From Candidatus Latescibacterota bacterium (GTDB lineage: Bacteria > Latescibacterota > UBA2968 > GCA-2709665), in assembly GCA_965208835.1 (NCBI GenBank), contig OZ242358.1, positions 3,360,001 to 3,424,000 on the forward strand: 64,000 bases of DNA, in the 5' to 3' direction. The position numbers and the translations under genes are program-made. Each line of letters begins with the position of its first letter. The first letter of the stretch is position 1. Positions 30,591 to 40,395 of this stretch are shown in pieces. The notes below the pieces were generated by a model, which ran no database searches, was not told where the DNA came from, and saw only the letters and a list, made by a program, of their open reading frames with translations.

Positions 30591-30749
30591 GAGTGACGTT
30601 CTCGGGCCTTGCGAACCTTGCGGGCCCGTCAGGGCTGGCGCGCCGGGTGCCGTCATGCTTTCCCAACCAGAGCAACCGGTGTGACAGAGGCAAGGATGCC
30701 GAAGGCCGAGGGAGCGTAAGCGACGGTAGCGCAAGGCCGCGTGTTACAT
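30591..30749 (-). other. attC-like site
   Basis: ATGTAAC R''; arms ggccttgcg / cgcaaggcc; R' degenerate (GTCACTC). Confidence 0.55.
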
Positions 30750-30863
30750 GCTGGCGGCGCCCCCTTCACGCCGAAGCCTTTCAGGAGGCAGACGTAAAGT
30801 GCACACCATAAACAATGGCTTGCTGGTTTCGATTCGTTTCTCAGGTAAACTCGCCTCCGCCAT

Positions 30864-31463
30864 TTAGAGAGGGTTCGCTTTAATGAGTTGGAACAGGTCA
30901 CCTTTCCTGATGCGCTCCGATGTCAAGATTTGAATCAACTTTGCCAAAACGTCAGTCCGGTCGAAGCGTTTGAATTCCGGGTAAAGGTCGATGCGCCAAC
31001 GGAGATAGCCCTCCAGTTGTTTCAGATCTGGGAAGATCTGTTTGGCCGTAAGGAACTCTGCCTGTAAGGCGCGGCGATGTGCGTAGGCATGCGAGCGCGA
31101 GGCCAACTTGTGCTGGATTTCCACATGCTCGTGCACTGCACACAAATGCGCGTACTGCCTGTTGAATTCGATCAGGTCTGACGGGACATAAATCGTCCCT
31201 TCCTCGTCGTAGAAGACAAAATCGGGTGTCTCGCCTTCATACCGAAACACCGCATAGGAGAGGGGAATATCAGCCACGACTGCCTGCTCGGTCCGAATGA
31301 CCTTCTGCTTAATCGCGTCGAGCGTCTTCGTAGCTTCAGGATGTGGCAGTCGAAGCAATTGGTTCGCCTCTTGGGTGAGGTTAGCCCAAGCTCTTGGGTT
31401 TTGTACACAATCAGCGGGGGTTGGGTGGCTGGATATCCTCCGCTGCTCGCGTGGAACGTTCAA
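30864..31463 (-). CDS. hypothetical protein with an HEHxE motif
   Basis: 199-aa ORF between attC-like sites. Confidence 0.6.
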   Translation of the reverse strand: MNVPREQRRISSHPTPADCVQNPRAWANLTQEANQLLRLPHPEATKTLDAIKQKVIRTEQAVVADIPLSYAVFRYEGETPDFVFYDEEGTIYVPSDLIEFNRQYAHLCAVHEHVEIQHKLASRSHAYAHRRALQAEFLTAKQIFPDLKQLEGYLRWRIDLYPEFKRFDRTDVLAKLIQILTSERIRKGDLFQLIKANPL

Positions 31464-31479
31464 GCACCCCCAAACCTGC

Positions 31480-31599
31480 TGCTAGCGCTGCGCTTGCCCC
31501 TGGCGGTTTTGGTCAAGCAATCGCCGTGACAGCAAAGTACAGGTATCGCGGAGGCGCGGAGGCGCGGAAACGCCGGAGCCGGTGGTGTCGTTGTTAGCC
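31480..31599 (-). other. degenerate attC-like site
   Basis: GGCTAAC R''; R' appears mutated (GCTAGCA); partial arms. Confidence 0.45.
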
Positions 31600-31676
31600 G
31601 CCATTACCGGGGGGTACGCCTCCCCTTGGATTCTCGCTCCCAGCGAGACTATAGCACGCACCCCCACACTCGGAAC

Positions 31677-32660
31677 TCAATCCGCTCTTACCAGAACGCG
31701 GTTCTCAAATCCACCCATCGTGCTTCCACCAACGGTCACCCTTTCCAGTGATCCGCTTCCGTCTGGCTCGAAAATGAGATCGCAGCAACTTGCTTCAATG
31801 GAGAATGCGTTCTGACCCTTTGGGATGAGCTTGGACTTACGTAGCCAGAGATTGTAGACAAAAAGGCTGCCATCCTCCAGCTTGACTTCGTGCTTCGTGG
31901 TGCCATATCTAGGCGCGCCCTCCACGGTCTCATAAGTCCCCACAAACGACCGAAGATAGCTTTCAGGCTTCGGATCATCCCCTTTGAAAGGCACCGATAG
32001 AAAGTTAAGGATTTTCCCTCGACGGTCTTCCCAATTTCCGCCCGAAGTCTCAACGCCAATTTTCAAGCATTCGAACTCCGCGAATAGTTCATCCGTTAGG
32101 CGTCTGCTGATGTGGTAGAATGCAACAAGGCCTCCGAATCCAGTTAGATTCTCACTTCGGGCGAATGGCTTGGTTGTAATCTCGTCCACGAACCAATCCT
32201 GCCAATCAGCGCCCCTTTTTCTGCAGATTTCCCTTAGCGCGAGGTCAACATCATCTTGATAGAGATAAATGAGAACGGGTTTTAAGTGCCCGACTATAGC
32301 CAGAACCGAATGCGCGAATTTCTTGATCTCGTCCCGCTCCACATTCGCCAGCAGTAGCTCTTCAATCGTACACTGGAAGATGCTGCTTTCAAGAATCGTG
32401 ACGACATCCGATTCTTCGGCTCGATGTGCGAAAGAACGCCACTTGGCGAGCGTCGTTTCGATGAATTCACGTGTATCTTGGCCGTCCTCCAGTTCCGTGT
32501 AGATGGGATGGTTGCTCTCGGATTCGTAGAACCACGTTGCCTTGAACCCATTCCGTTGAAGTTGCATGGCCAGATATTGCGCTGTTGTTGACTTGCCCGA
32601 TCCCGGTAAGCCATCAATAAGGATCAGTTTCGAGGAGTGGGTCAACGGAGTCTTCACCAT
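31677..32660 (-). CDS. P-loop kinase-like (thymidylate kinase-like) protein
   Basis: LILIDGLPGSGKSTTA, HPI, ILES. Confidence 0.75.
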   Translation of the reverse strand: MVKTPLTHSSKLILIDGLPGSGKSTTAQYLAMQLQRNGFKATWFYESESNHPIYTELEDGQDTREFIETTLAKWRSFAHRAEESDVVTILESSIFQCTIEELLLANVERDEIKKFAHSVLAIVGHLKPVLIYLYQDDVDLALREICRKRGADWQDWFVDEITTKPFARSENLTGFGGLVAFYHISRRLTDELFAEFECLKIGVETSGGNWEDRRGKILNFLSVPFKGDDPKPESYLRSFVGTYETVEGAPRYGTTKHEVKLEDGSLFVYNLWLRKSKLIPKGQNAFSIEASCCDLIFEPDGSGSLERVTVGGSTMGGFENRVLVRAD

Positions 32661-32721
32661 CAGAAATCGGCTCTTGGTCTCGTGCGTGCTGTATATGGTA
32701 TGAGGGGGATGGGGCGATGGC

Positions 32722-32808
32722 GGCTAACGTTCCGCGGGCTGCGAACCTGCCGCAGGCAGGTCTCCTACGGAGGTCGAATGGACGGAGCCGTGGGTGCTCG
32801 TGTTATGC
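32722..32808 (-). other. attC site
   Basis: GCATAAC (contains the upstream gene's TAA) ... GTTAGCC; arms cccacggct / agcccgcgg. Confidence 0.8.
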
Positions 32809-33450
32809 GCCGGCATCCCTACCTACATAAAGATATTTCAACAAAAGACGTCCCAGCTCAGTAATCCTGACTGTATTCTCCGCTCCTTCACCGCGTACTT
32901 GCGGGACGGCGTCAATCTCTGCGAGTCCTGTCATCAGTAGGGCTTGTCTGGTCTGAAGAGGGGGCTGCTGCCCTTCCCCAAGATCTCCTAGCAAAGAAAG
33001 ATCAGGCATATACGCCCGGTCTATCGAACCCGCAAGCCGCTGAAAGTCCTCATAAGCAAGTTCTTGCCGAAGATAGGCGCTGAAGAGTCGCCCAATGAGT
33101 TCCGGTTTTCCCATGTCATCAAGTCTGTCGAGCAGGAGAAGAAGATTCTCCTCAACTCTCTGTCGGAGGTCCACGTCCTCATCCATTCTGATTGAGAATT
33201 GAAGCCGTTCCCCGTGATCGAGTTCTGAGATGGGCCGAAGAAACCGTAGGATTTTCTTTACAAAGAGGTTACCCCTGATGTCATTGGCCGCACGATACAA
33301 TTTGACAGCCCATCCTACGACCGGGATGTCCCTGACAACGCCTTCCTCCAAGGCCGCATCCAAGATCTTCTCTATCCCCTCGGACGACATATCGGTAAGT
33401 TGTGGACTTGCCACGGTCCGTACGAGGGTATGTTCCTGCTCTTCGTTCAT
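32803..33450 (-). CDS. hypothetical cassette protein
   Basis: GGAGG RBS; stop lies in the attC R''; DIPVVG...KILRFL pattern. Confidence 0.75.
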   Translation of the reverse strand: MNEEQEHTLVRTVASPQLTDMSSEGIEKILDAALEEGVVRDIPVVGWAVKLYRAANDIRGNLFVKKILRFLRPISELDHGERLQFSIRMDEDVDLRQRVEENLLLLLDRLDDMGKPELIGRLFSAYLRQELAYEDFQRLAGSIDRAYMPDLSLLGDLGEGQQPPLQTRQALLMTGLAEIDAVPQVRGEGAENTVRITELGRLLLKYLYVGRDAGA

Positions 33451-33475
33451 TGATCCTCCGGTGCTCATTTTTTGC

Positions 33476-33593
33476 CCATAACTACTTTATTATCTAATAG
33501 TTACGACAATGGGTGCCTGATCCGAAGTTCTGCGAACGTTCGGGAACATTCCACGCTGAAGCTTGTAGCCCGAGCATGTTCAGGAATGCTTCC
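33476..33593 (-). repeat. 118-bp attI-like repeat C, copy 3 (head of array)
   Basis: Ends GTTATGG just before the first cassette, at the accessory/core boundary. Confidence 0.8.
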
Positions 33594-33683
33594 TATGGTT
33601 GCATCGTCTCTAATCAAAAGCTGCCTCCCATTCTTCCATCAATGCATCCAGCGAGCTCTGGAGAGTCACTCTCACAACAAGCA

Positions 33684-34430
33684 TCACCTCTCCCCCCACC
33701 GGTTCCGCAACTCGATGACGGTCAGCATGGTCACCTCACCCGTCGCTTCCAGCCCGGCATCCGCCTGAAACTTGCGCAGCGCCTCGCGGGTGGCGTCGTT
33801 CAGTTCTCCGTCAACCGGTCCGGTCTCGTATCCCATGCCATTCAGGATCATCTGCACCTCGTAGGTGTGCTCCGGTCCGGCGGCCATATCGGACGCTTCT
33901 TCGGCTTCTTCAGGTTTCTCTTCAACAACCGCCGTGTCCTCCGAGATCAGCACCCAGCGCAGGAGCCTGATTTCAAAGAAAACGGCGACGGTTCCCACCA
34001 TCCACAGCAGGCCGAACAGCAACGCAATCCCCCATCGTATCGCCAGGTCCCCTTCCCCGCCGGCCGACACGCCGGAGCGATCGAAGACTTCGGGCGCGAG
34101 CAGATAGCGCATGCACAGCCACAGCCCCGCATGCAGGATTGCGAGGACGACCGGCGTTCGGGCCGGAACCCTCAGAGGCGAACGCGAAGGACGCCAGAAT
34201 TGGGCGATTGCGAGGGTCCAGAGATCGACGAGGATCAGAAACAGGGGAAACGCCGCGAGGAAGCCCACGGCCCGGTCGGCGGCGGCGGGCTCCCGCATCC
34301 ATGCCCACCACGCCGGCCCCAGCAACGACACCGCCAGCACGATCCACGTGCCAAGGCGAAGCAGCTGCGCCGTTCTCGACCGCTCGGGAGCGGGTGCGGC
34401 GGAGCCTGTTTCTGGCTGCAATCGGTTCAC
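33684..34430 (-). CDS. membrane protein with a C-terminal peptidoglycan-binding domain
   Basis: Four hydrophobic segments; VQMILNGMGY...VDG...TREALRKFQ...GLEATG. Confidence 0.8.
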   Translation of the reverse strand: MNRLQPETGSAAPAPERSRTAQLLRLGTWIVLAVSLLGPAWWAWMREPAAADRAVGFLAAFPLFLILVDLWTLAIAQFWRPSRSPLRVPARTPVVLAILHAGLWLCMRYLLAPEVFDRSGVSAGGEGDLAIRWGIALLFGLLWMVGTVAVFFEIRLLRWVLISEDTAVVEEKPEEAEEASDMAAGPEHTYEVQMILNGMGYETGPVDGELNDATREALRKFQADAGLEATGEVTMLTVIELRNRWGER

Positions 34431-34545
34431 TTTCGTTCCTCCGCGGGGGCGTTCTTTCGTCTTGCCCTTCCGGGACGCGGATCACTTGGCTATATTGTAG
34501 AGTACACAACCCGGTCCGGACCCAATATCAAGCCGGCTGCATACC

Positions 34546-36672
34546 ATGAGTCCACAATCCGAAATTCTGGCCGTCGAACTGGTTGACGGCAACAAAATGG
34601 CGCACTATACCCGCGCCGGACGCGAGATCCATCCCTTCTCACCCTGGTTGCTGGTCGAGGCACCCGAGGAGTGCGACAGGGCGGGCCTGGCCGGCGTACG
34701 GAAGATAACTCACCTCAAGGGCGGCGGCCAGTTCCGGTTTCTGGTTCACTTCCACTCCTGGACCGATTTTCTGGATGCCCGAGGGCGTCTGTCAGCCGAC
34801 GGCATCGTCCATTTCGACTTCAACAACCCGGTCAAACAGCACCTGATGCTTTCCGGAAACACACTCTTTCGGGGCCTGCGTTACAATGACGCCCACCGCC
34901 TTCAGCTGGATATCGAGACCACCGGCCTCAATCCCGAAGCGCCGGACGCACGCATCATCCTGGTCGCGCTTTCCGATAACAGGGACTACGAGGAAGTGCT
35001 GGGCGCCAGGAAGACGTCCGAAGGCGCGCTGCTCGAGGCGCTGAACCACCGCATCCGGAGCCGCGACCCGGACATCATCGAAGGCCACAACATCTTTGAC
35101 TTCGACCTCAACTACATCCAGGTGCGCGCCCGCGCACTGAACGTCAGCCTGCCCTGGGGCCGCGACGGCTCCGAACTGAAAGCCGGGAACGGGAGGCGCC
35201 GCTACCGCGTGGGCGCCCGAAGTCCCACGTTTCGTCCCGCCACCATTCACGGCCGTCACATTATAGACACCTTTCACCAGATCCAGCGATTTGACATCGG
35301 CGGGCACCTGGAGAGTTACGGGCTGAAGAACGTCGTCCGTACGCTGGGCCTGGAGCGTGGGGACCGCGTCTTCGTCGACGGGCCCGATATCCGGAAGACC
35401 TGGCGTGACGATCCGGACAGGGTCGCGGACTACGCGCTGGACGACGTCCGTGACGTGCGCGCGCTGAGCGAAATGATCGCCACAACCGAGTTCTACCAGA
35501 CCCAGGTGCTGCCTTACCGGTTTCAGGATGCCGCAATAACCGGGCCGGGCGAAAAGATCAATGCCCTGATGATCGGCGCCTATCTCCGTCGCGGCCTTGC
35601 GGTTCCGAGGCCTGGGCACTCGGCGCCGTTCGGGGGAGGTTATACCGAACTCTTCGCCACCGGCGTCTTCAGCCAGGTTGTCAAGGCCGACGTGGAGAGC
35701 CTCTATCCTTCAATTATGTTAAACTACGGCATTCGACCTGCTTCCGACACAGAAAACGTGTTCCTGCCCATGCTGCAGCGCCTGACCGGACGACGTCTCG
35801 AGGCGAAAGCCGGCCTGAAGGAGGCGCAAAGCGATGCCGACCGGTCTTACTGGGACGGGCTGCAGGGAAGTTACAAACTCCTGATCAACTCGTTTTACGG
35901 GTATCTGGCTTACGGAAGGGCGAATTTCAACGATTACAAGGCGGCGGCACGCGTCACGGGTCATGGCCAGCAGATCGCCAGGCAGGTTGTGACGATGCTG
36001 CGGGCGAGGCAGGCACGGCTCATCGAAGCCGATACCGACGGCGTGTATTTCGTCGTGCCCCCGGGAGTCCGATCGGAAAGTGAAGAGCACGATTTCGTGG
36101 AAGCGCTGTCCCGGGAACTGCCCGACGGCATCCGTCTTTCCCACGACGGCAGGTTCCGGGGCATGCTCAGCCTCAAAGCCAAGAACTACGTTCTGGTCGA
36201 TTACGACGGACGCCTCATCGTCAAGGGCAGCAGCCTGCGCAGCCGCCGTGACGAACGGGTTTTCCGTGAGTTCGTCCGGAAGCTCGCCCCGCTGCTGATC
36301 AACCGGAAGTCCGATGCCGCTTCGGCCCTGTACACGCAGTTCGCCGACCGACTTGGGGCGGGGCAATTCGATCAGAGAGATATATGCCGCAGGGAGACCG
36401 TTACCGAGAAGACGTTTTCGAATCCGAACCTGAGGCGGCTGGCCGCCGCCGCGGAGGGATGTAAAGCGGGTGACAGGATTGCGGTGTACCAGAGAAGCGA
36501 CGGCAGCCTGGCACGAATCGAAAACTATGACAACGACGAAGACAGGGGATACCTGTTGCGCAGGCTGCACGATATGGCGGGACGCTTCCGCAGCCTCTTC
36601 GGCGACATCGAATTCGATCGACTCTTTCCACTCCGGAAACAACCCGCGGGCAGACAACTCAGTCTGTTCTAG
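34546..36672 (+). CDS. family B DNA polymerase with 3'-5' exonuclease
   Basis: LDIET, GHNIFDFD, YALDD; DVESLYPS, KLLINSFYG, DTDG. Confidence 0.92.
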   Translation: MSPQSEILAVELVDGNKMAHYTRAGREIHPFSPWLLVEAPEECDRAGLAGVRKITHLKGGGQFRFLVHFHSWTDFLDARGRLSADGIVHFDFNNPVKQHLMLSGNTLFRGLRYNDAHRLQLDIETTGLNPEAPDARIILVALSDNRDYEEVLGARKTSEGALLEALNHRIRSRDPDIIEGHNIFDFDLNYIQVRARALNVSLPWGRDGSELKAGNGRRRYRVGARSPTFRPATIHGRHIIDTFHQIQRFDIGGHLESYGLKNVVRTLGLERGDRVFVDGPDIRKTWRDDPDRVADYALDDVRDVRALSEMIATTEFYQTQVLPYRFQDAAITGPGEKINALMIGAYLRRGLAVPRPGHSAPFGGGYTELFATGVFSQVVKADVESLYPSIMLNYGIRPASDTENVFLPMLQRLTGRRLEAKAGLKEAQSDADRSYWDGLQGSYKLLINSFYGYLAYGRANFNDYKAAARVTGHGQQIARQVVTMLRARQARLIEADTDGVYFVVPPGVRSESEEHDFVEALSRELPDGIRLSHDGRFRGMLSLKAKNYVLVDYDGRLIVKGSSLRSRRDERVFREFVRKLAPLLINRKSDAASALYTQFADRLGAGQFDQRDICRRETVTEKTFSNPNLRRLAAAAEGCKAGDRIAVYQRSDGSLARIENYDNDEDRGYLLRRLHDMAGRFRSLFGDIEFDRLFPLRKQPAGRQLSLF

Positions 36673-37982
36673 GAACCTTGCCCGGCCGTGTGACCATAGG
36701 AAACCTCTCTACGGCTTCCCACAAGCCACCATAGCACAACACCCATCGCACATCCGGAGACAGCAGGAACAGACGCCGTCAACACGGGGCCCTGGTATTG
36801 GTACGCGAAGACACTCGCGACCACGCCAACGACAACCAGGACCACCATCCACAGGGCCGCACGACCCTGATCGTGGGCAGCCAGAAGCCCGGTGTGCGCC
36901 AGGCCGCACAGCACAAAGGGCGGCACGCACCACACCAGTTGCATTGCGAACGGCAGCGCAGGAAGCCAGGCCTTCCCGAGAAGCCAGGTTATCGCGGGTC
37001 CAAGCATCAGTTGAACCGCCACCGAAACCGCAATGGCAATGCCCGTCAGCGTGACGGCGGACCGGACGACGAGCTTCATGAACGCCTGCCGATCGGGCAG
37101 CCGTGTGCTCAGGGCGGGCAGCACGGCCTCGAAACTCGCACCTGTCAGAATGAGCAGCGCCGCCGCCAAGCGGTACCCGACGGCCAGGTAACCGGCTTCG
37201 GCGCCGCCTCCGGTCTGATAATAGATCGTGAGGTAATTCAGACTCAACAGGTTTATCAGGTAATACACCGCGGGGAGATGTTTCAACCCGTCCACGATCC
37301 GGCGTGGATTGAATCCAGGTCGAAGAACAGGCCCGAGTTCACCCGCCACCCTCCGGACAAAGACGTATCCGGCCGCGAGATAGCCTGCACGACAGACCAG
37401 GTAGCACGTTGCGACGCCGGCAAGACCCCAGCCGGCAAACATCGCACCGACCCCGCTCGCCAGCAGGAGAACGTTAAGCCCCATCATCAGAAGGGCGCAG
37501 TATCCGGACCGCTGGAGACCCTTGAACACCGCGTTGAGCCCGTCCCCCATGCTCAACGAAACCGTGGAAACGCCCACGAGCAGCGTGGCCAGCGTCACCT
37601 CCGATCCTGCGCCGATCGCCCAGGCAACACCAGCCATAACCGCCAGCACCGGGAGCGCCAGCGCCAGCTTGAACGATAGCGCCTCCAGGCACGCAATGCG
37701 TCCGTCCGCCGGGCTGGATGCAGAGGCCTTGATGATCCGGTTGTTCGTTCCCGCATCCAGAATCGGCACAAAAAAAGCGGTCAGGCCGATGACAAAAACG
37801 TAGTCGGCCAGTCCGCTCTCCCCGAGAAGCCGCGCCACGCCCACGAGAAGCAGCATCCCCCCAAGCAGGTGAGCGGCTTTCTCCACGGTGATATAGACCG
37901 AATTTTCCGAAACCCGCGTCAACGTTCCCTCCGACGTTGCCGGAAACAGGAAAAGCAGGTCAGCGCCTGCTTTTCGAGTCAT
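36669..37982 (-). CDS. Wzx/MOP-family polysaccharide flippase
   Basis: Many TM segments, LDAG, VFKGLQR. Confidence 0.75.
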   Translation of the reverse strand: MTRKAGADLLFLFPATSEGTLTRVSENSVYITVEKAAHLLGGMLLLVGVARLLGESGLADYVFVIGLTAFFVPILDAGTNNRIIKASASSPADGRIACLEALSFKLALALPVLAVMAGVAWAIGAGSEVTLATLLVGVSTVSLSMGDGLNAVFKGLQRSGYCALLMMGLNVLLLASGVGAMFAGWGLAGVATCYLVCRAGYLAAGYVFVRRVAGELGPVLRPGFNPRRIVDGLKHLPAVYYLINLLSLNYLTIYYQTGGGAEAGYLAVGYRLAAALLILTGASFEAVLPALSTRLPDRQAFMKLVVRSAVTLTGIAIAVSVAVQLMLGPAITWLLGKAWLPALPFAMQLVWCVPPFVLCGLAHTGLLAAHDQGRAALWMVVLVVVGVVASVFAYQYQGPVLTASVPAVSGCAMGVVLWWLVGSRREVSYGHTAGQGS

Positions 37983-38009
37983 TACCTGACAGCCCGTTGA
38001 GAATGGCCT

Positions 38010-38708
38010 TCAGAAATCGAACCCCAGACGGTCGTCCACGCGTACGGTCACGGTGTCGGGTTCACTTGTAATCGCACCTTCGGCAACAACGATATCGTCA
38101 CGGACGCGCAGTTCGAAAACAAAGTCGGCCGGCGCAACGGCCCTGAAAACCGGCATGCTGTTCTCGGCGTCGAAATCGACACCGGGACCGTCGAGCTGCG
38201 TCCAGGCATACCGGAGCGGGTCCCGGTCCGGGTCCGAACTCCCCGTTCCGTCCAATGTCACGCGGAGTCCGCTCCCGTACGCGATCGTGCGATCCAACCC
38301 CGCATCCGCCACGGGCGGTCCCTGGGTGACATGGATTTCGACCATCCCCTCCGTTATGGTGCCTGATTTTCCGTCGTCGACTTCAACCTTGAGCGTATAG
38401 ACGCCCGTCACGATAGGCGCGACCCAGACCACGGTCACCGAATCCTGAAAGAGCCCTCTCAAAGAATCCTGGTTGCTGGCCGCGAACTGCCCGCCCTCTT
38501 CCCTCTTGAGGTCCGTCCACAGATAGTCCAGTTCGTCGTTGTCCGCGTCTGAAGTGAAGAGCGTAATCTGGACCTCGCTTCCGCGTCCAACGGACGGATG
38601 GTCATCCTGGTCCGTGGTTAGCTCCACGATCTGCGGCTGTTCCTGTCTGTCCAGCAGGCCACATCCTGTGAGGATAGTCAGACAGACCAACACCAGTGAC
38701 CAGCGCAC
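38010..38708 (-). CDS. lipoprotein with Ig-like/PKD domains
   Basis: Lipobox ILTGC; PVADAG..LDGTGSSDPD..Y.WTQ..GP. Confidence 0.75.
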   Translation of the reverse strand: MRWSLVLVCLTILTGCGLLDRQEQPQIVELTTDQDDHPSVGRGSEVQITLFTSDADNDELDYLWTDLKREEGGQFAASNQDSLRGLFQDSVTVVWVAPIVTGVYTLKVEVDDGKSGTITEGMVEIHVTQGPPVADAGLDRTIAYGSGLRVTLDGTGSSDPDRDPLRYAWTQLDGPGVDFDAENSMPVFRAVAPADFVFELRVRDDIVVAEGAITSEPDTVTVRVDDRLGFDF

Positions 38709-38916
38709 GATATCCCTCGGCGAAAAATTGGCAGGCGGGACAGATCCGTGTATAGGGTCCGTCCGGGCTTCGCTGCAACATTGACGGAGCCGGGACGGAA
38801 CACCCGTTCTGACTCTCTGGCCGCTATTGAGTTCCATCAAACGCGCGGGATTGTCTGAGAACGCCGGCGCGGAAACGGGGCGTCATCACGAGGACAACGA
38901 TCGAGCTTGAGTTTAT

Positions 38917-38942
38917 CAGCCCGTTAAAAAAGTCCATCCGGG
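38917..38942. repeat. isolated end of MITE family B
   Basis: Reverse complement of the right TIR of family B. Confidence 0.55.
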
Positions 38943-38947
38943 GAAGC

Positions 38948-39580
38948 TCAGTTTCTTTCCTTCAACAACATCCTCATGTCGGGCAGGAGTTTCTTCACGA
39001 GACCGGGATCGGTCCCGTCGTAGTATGCCCGGACCCGCCCCTTTCTGTCCACCAGCGCAAAGCGCAGGCTGTGCATAATCTGGTCCGTGCCTTCTTCCAC
39101 GCCTCCCACACCCAGTTGAAAGCCGTTACGAATGACGCTGTACACACCGGGCTTCTCGCCTGTCAGAAACAGCCAGCGATCCGCATCCGCCAAGTAGCGG
39201 TCCGCATACCCGGAGAGCACCTCGGGGGTATCCCGCTCCGGATCCACGGAAAAAGACACGAGGCGCGCGTCCGGATATTTCCTCAGCGGCGCCTGGAGCG
39301 CCTGCATTTTCGCCGAAAGCAACGGACACGGACCCGCGCAGTGCGTGAAGATGAAGTCCGCGACCCAGACGCGGCCGAGCAGTTCCGAGAGACCCATCTG
39401 CCTGCCGCTGCGTTCCACGAGCAGGAAGTCAGGAACCTCGCCCAGAACCGGCATGCGCTGCGATTGGGCACGTATGGCCTTGAGTTCGCGCAGGAACAGA
39501 AACGTCCCCACGGTCAGCATCAATAGCGTCGCGCCGGCGAGCACCAGCCAGAAAACGCGAACCTGTCTGGGTACACCCAT
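38948..39580 (-). CDS. Sco1/SenC copper chaperone
   Basis: FTHCAGPCP, SVDPERDTP, HS. Confidence 0.92.
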   Translation of the reverse strand: MGVPRQVRVFWLVLAGATLLMLTVGTFLFLRELKAIRAQSQRMPVLGEVPDFLLVERSGRQMGLSELLGRVWVADFIFTHCAGPCPLLSAKMQALQAPLRKYPDARLVSFSVDPERDTPEVLSGYADRYLADADRWLFLTGEKPGVYSVIRNGFQLGVGGVEEGTDQIMHSLRFALVDRKGRVRAYYDGTDPGLVKKLLPDMRMLLKERN

Positions 39581-39585
39581 CGGTA

Positions 39586-40395
39586 TTATCGCACTCCTTC
39601 CCGCCGTCTGATCACACCCAGAGAGATGCCCAACGTCAAGAGAACGAACAGGCACGTCACAAGAAGACACACTTCGAACGGCGGGATCCCTCCCGCCAGT
39701 TCAGGCGCTTCCAGGTACAGGGCATGCCGTACGCCGGCAACACCATAGGTCAATGGATTGATCCGCATCAGCCAGCCGAGCCATTCCGGCACGCCGGAAA
39801 GTGGAAACAATGCCCCGGAGAGCGCCCACATCGGCAACAGGAACAGGTTCATAATCGCGTGGAACCCGGCCGTGGACGCCATTTGCCACGCGATTGCGAA
39901 CCCCAGACCTGTCAGCGCCAGACCCACCAGGAACAGGAACGCCACCGTTGCCGCGAGCGCAAAAGGGCTGACCGGAATGTCAAGCTGGTATACGAACAGC
40001 AGGAATACCATGCCTTCCAATACCGCCAGCGTCGTTCCGCCCATCACTTTGCCGATCACCACGCCGCTCCGCGAAACCGGCGCGACCAGCACGGACTGCA
40101 TAAACCCCTCACGCCGGTCTTCGACCACCGAAATCGTGGAAAAGATCGCAGTGAAGAGCAAAACCATAAGGAGCGCGCCCGGATAGATATATTCCAGGTA
40201 GCTCATCGTTCCCGATGTGCCCGCGGGTGCGAATGACGCGCTCATTCCGATGCCCAGCAGCAGCCAGAACACGAACGGTTGCAGGATCGCGCCAAGCAGC
40301 CGATGCCGGTCTCTGGCGAATCTCACGAGTTCCCGCTTCCACAGTGTGGCCGCCGGGAGGATAAACCCTTCGCCACGCGTTGCCTCATCCGGCAT
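39586..40395 (-). CDS. ABC-2 transporter permease
   Basis: DRREGFMQSVLVAP, SGALFP, NPLTY. Confidence 0.9.
   Translation of the reverse strand: MPDEATRGEGFILPAATLWKRELVRFARDRHRLLGAILQPFVFWLLLGIGMSASFAPAGTSGTMSYLEYIYPGALLMVLLFTAIFSTISVVEDRREGFMQSVLVAPVSRSGVVIGKVMGGTTLAVLEGMVFLLFVYQLDIPVSPFALAATVAFLFLVGLALTGLGFAIAWQMASTAGFHAIMNLFLLPMWALSGALFPLSGVPEWLGWLMRINPLTYGVAGVRHALYLEAPELAGGIPPFEVCLLVTCLFVLLTLGISLGVIRRREGVR

Noticed and set aside
33527-33541. GTTC-N7-GTTC LexA-like box in repeat C copy 3
   Set aside because: Not conserved in the other two copies.
28231-34586. ORFs sharing PDPKxCERSGTFHxEACSPSMFRNAS
   Set aside because: They are read-through of repeat C; copy 1 has an in-frame stop.
33600-36672. 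Integron integrase or a pipolin-type element
   Set aside because: No tyrosine recombinase motifs; the PolB has a canonical DTDG and no mobile-element context.
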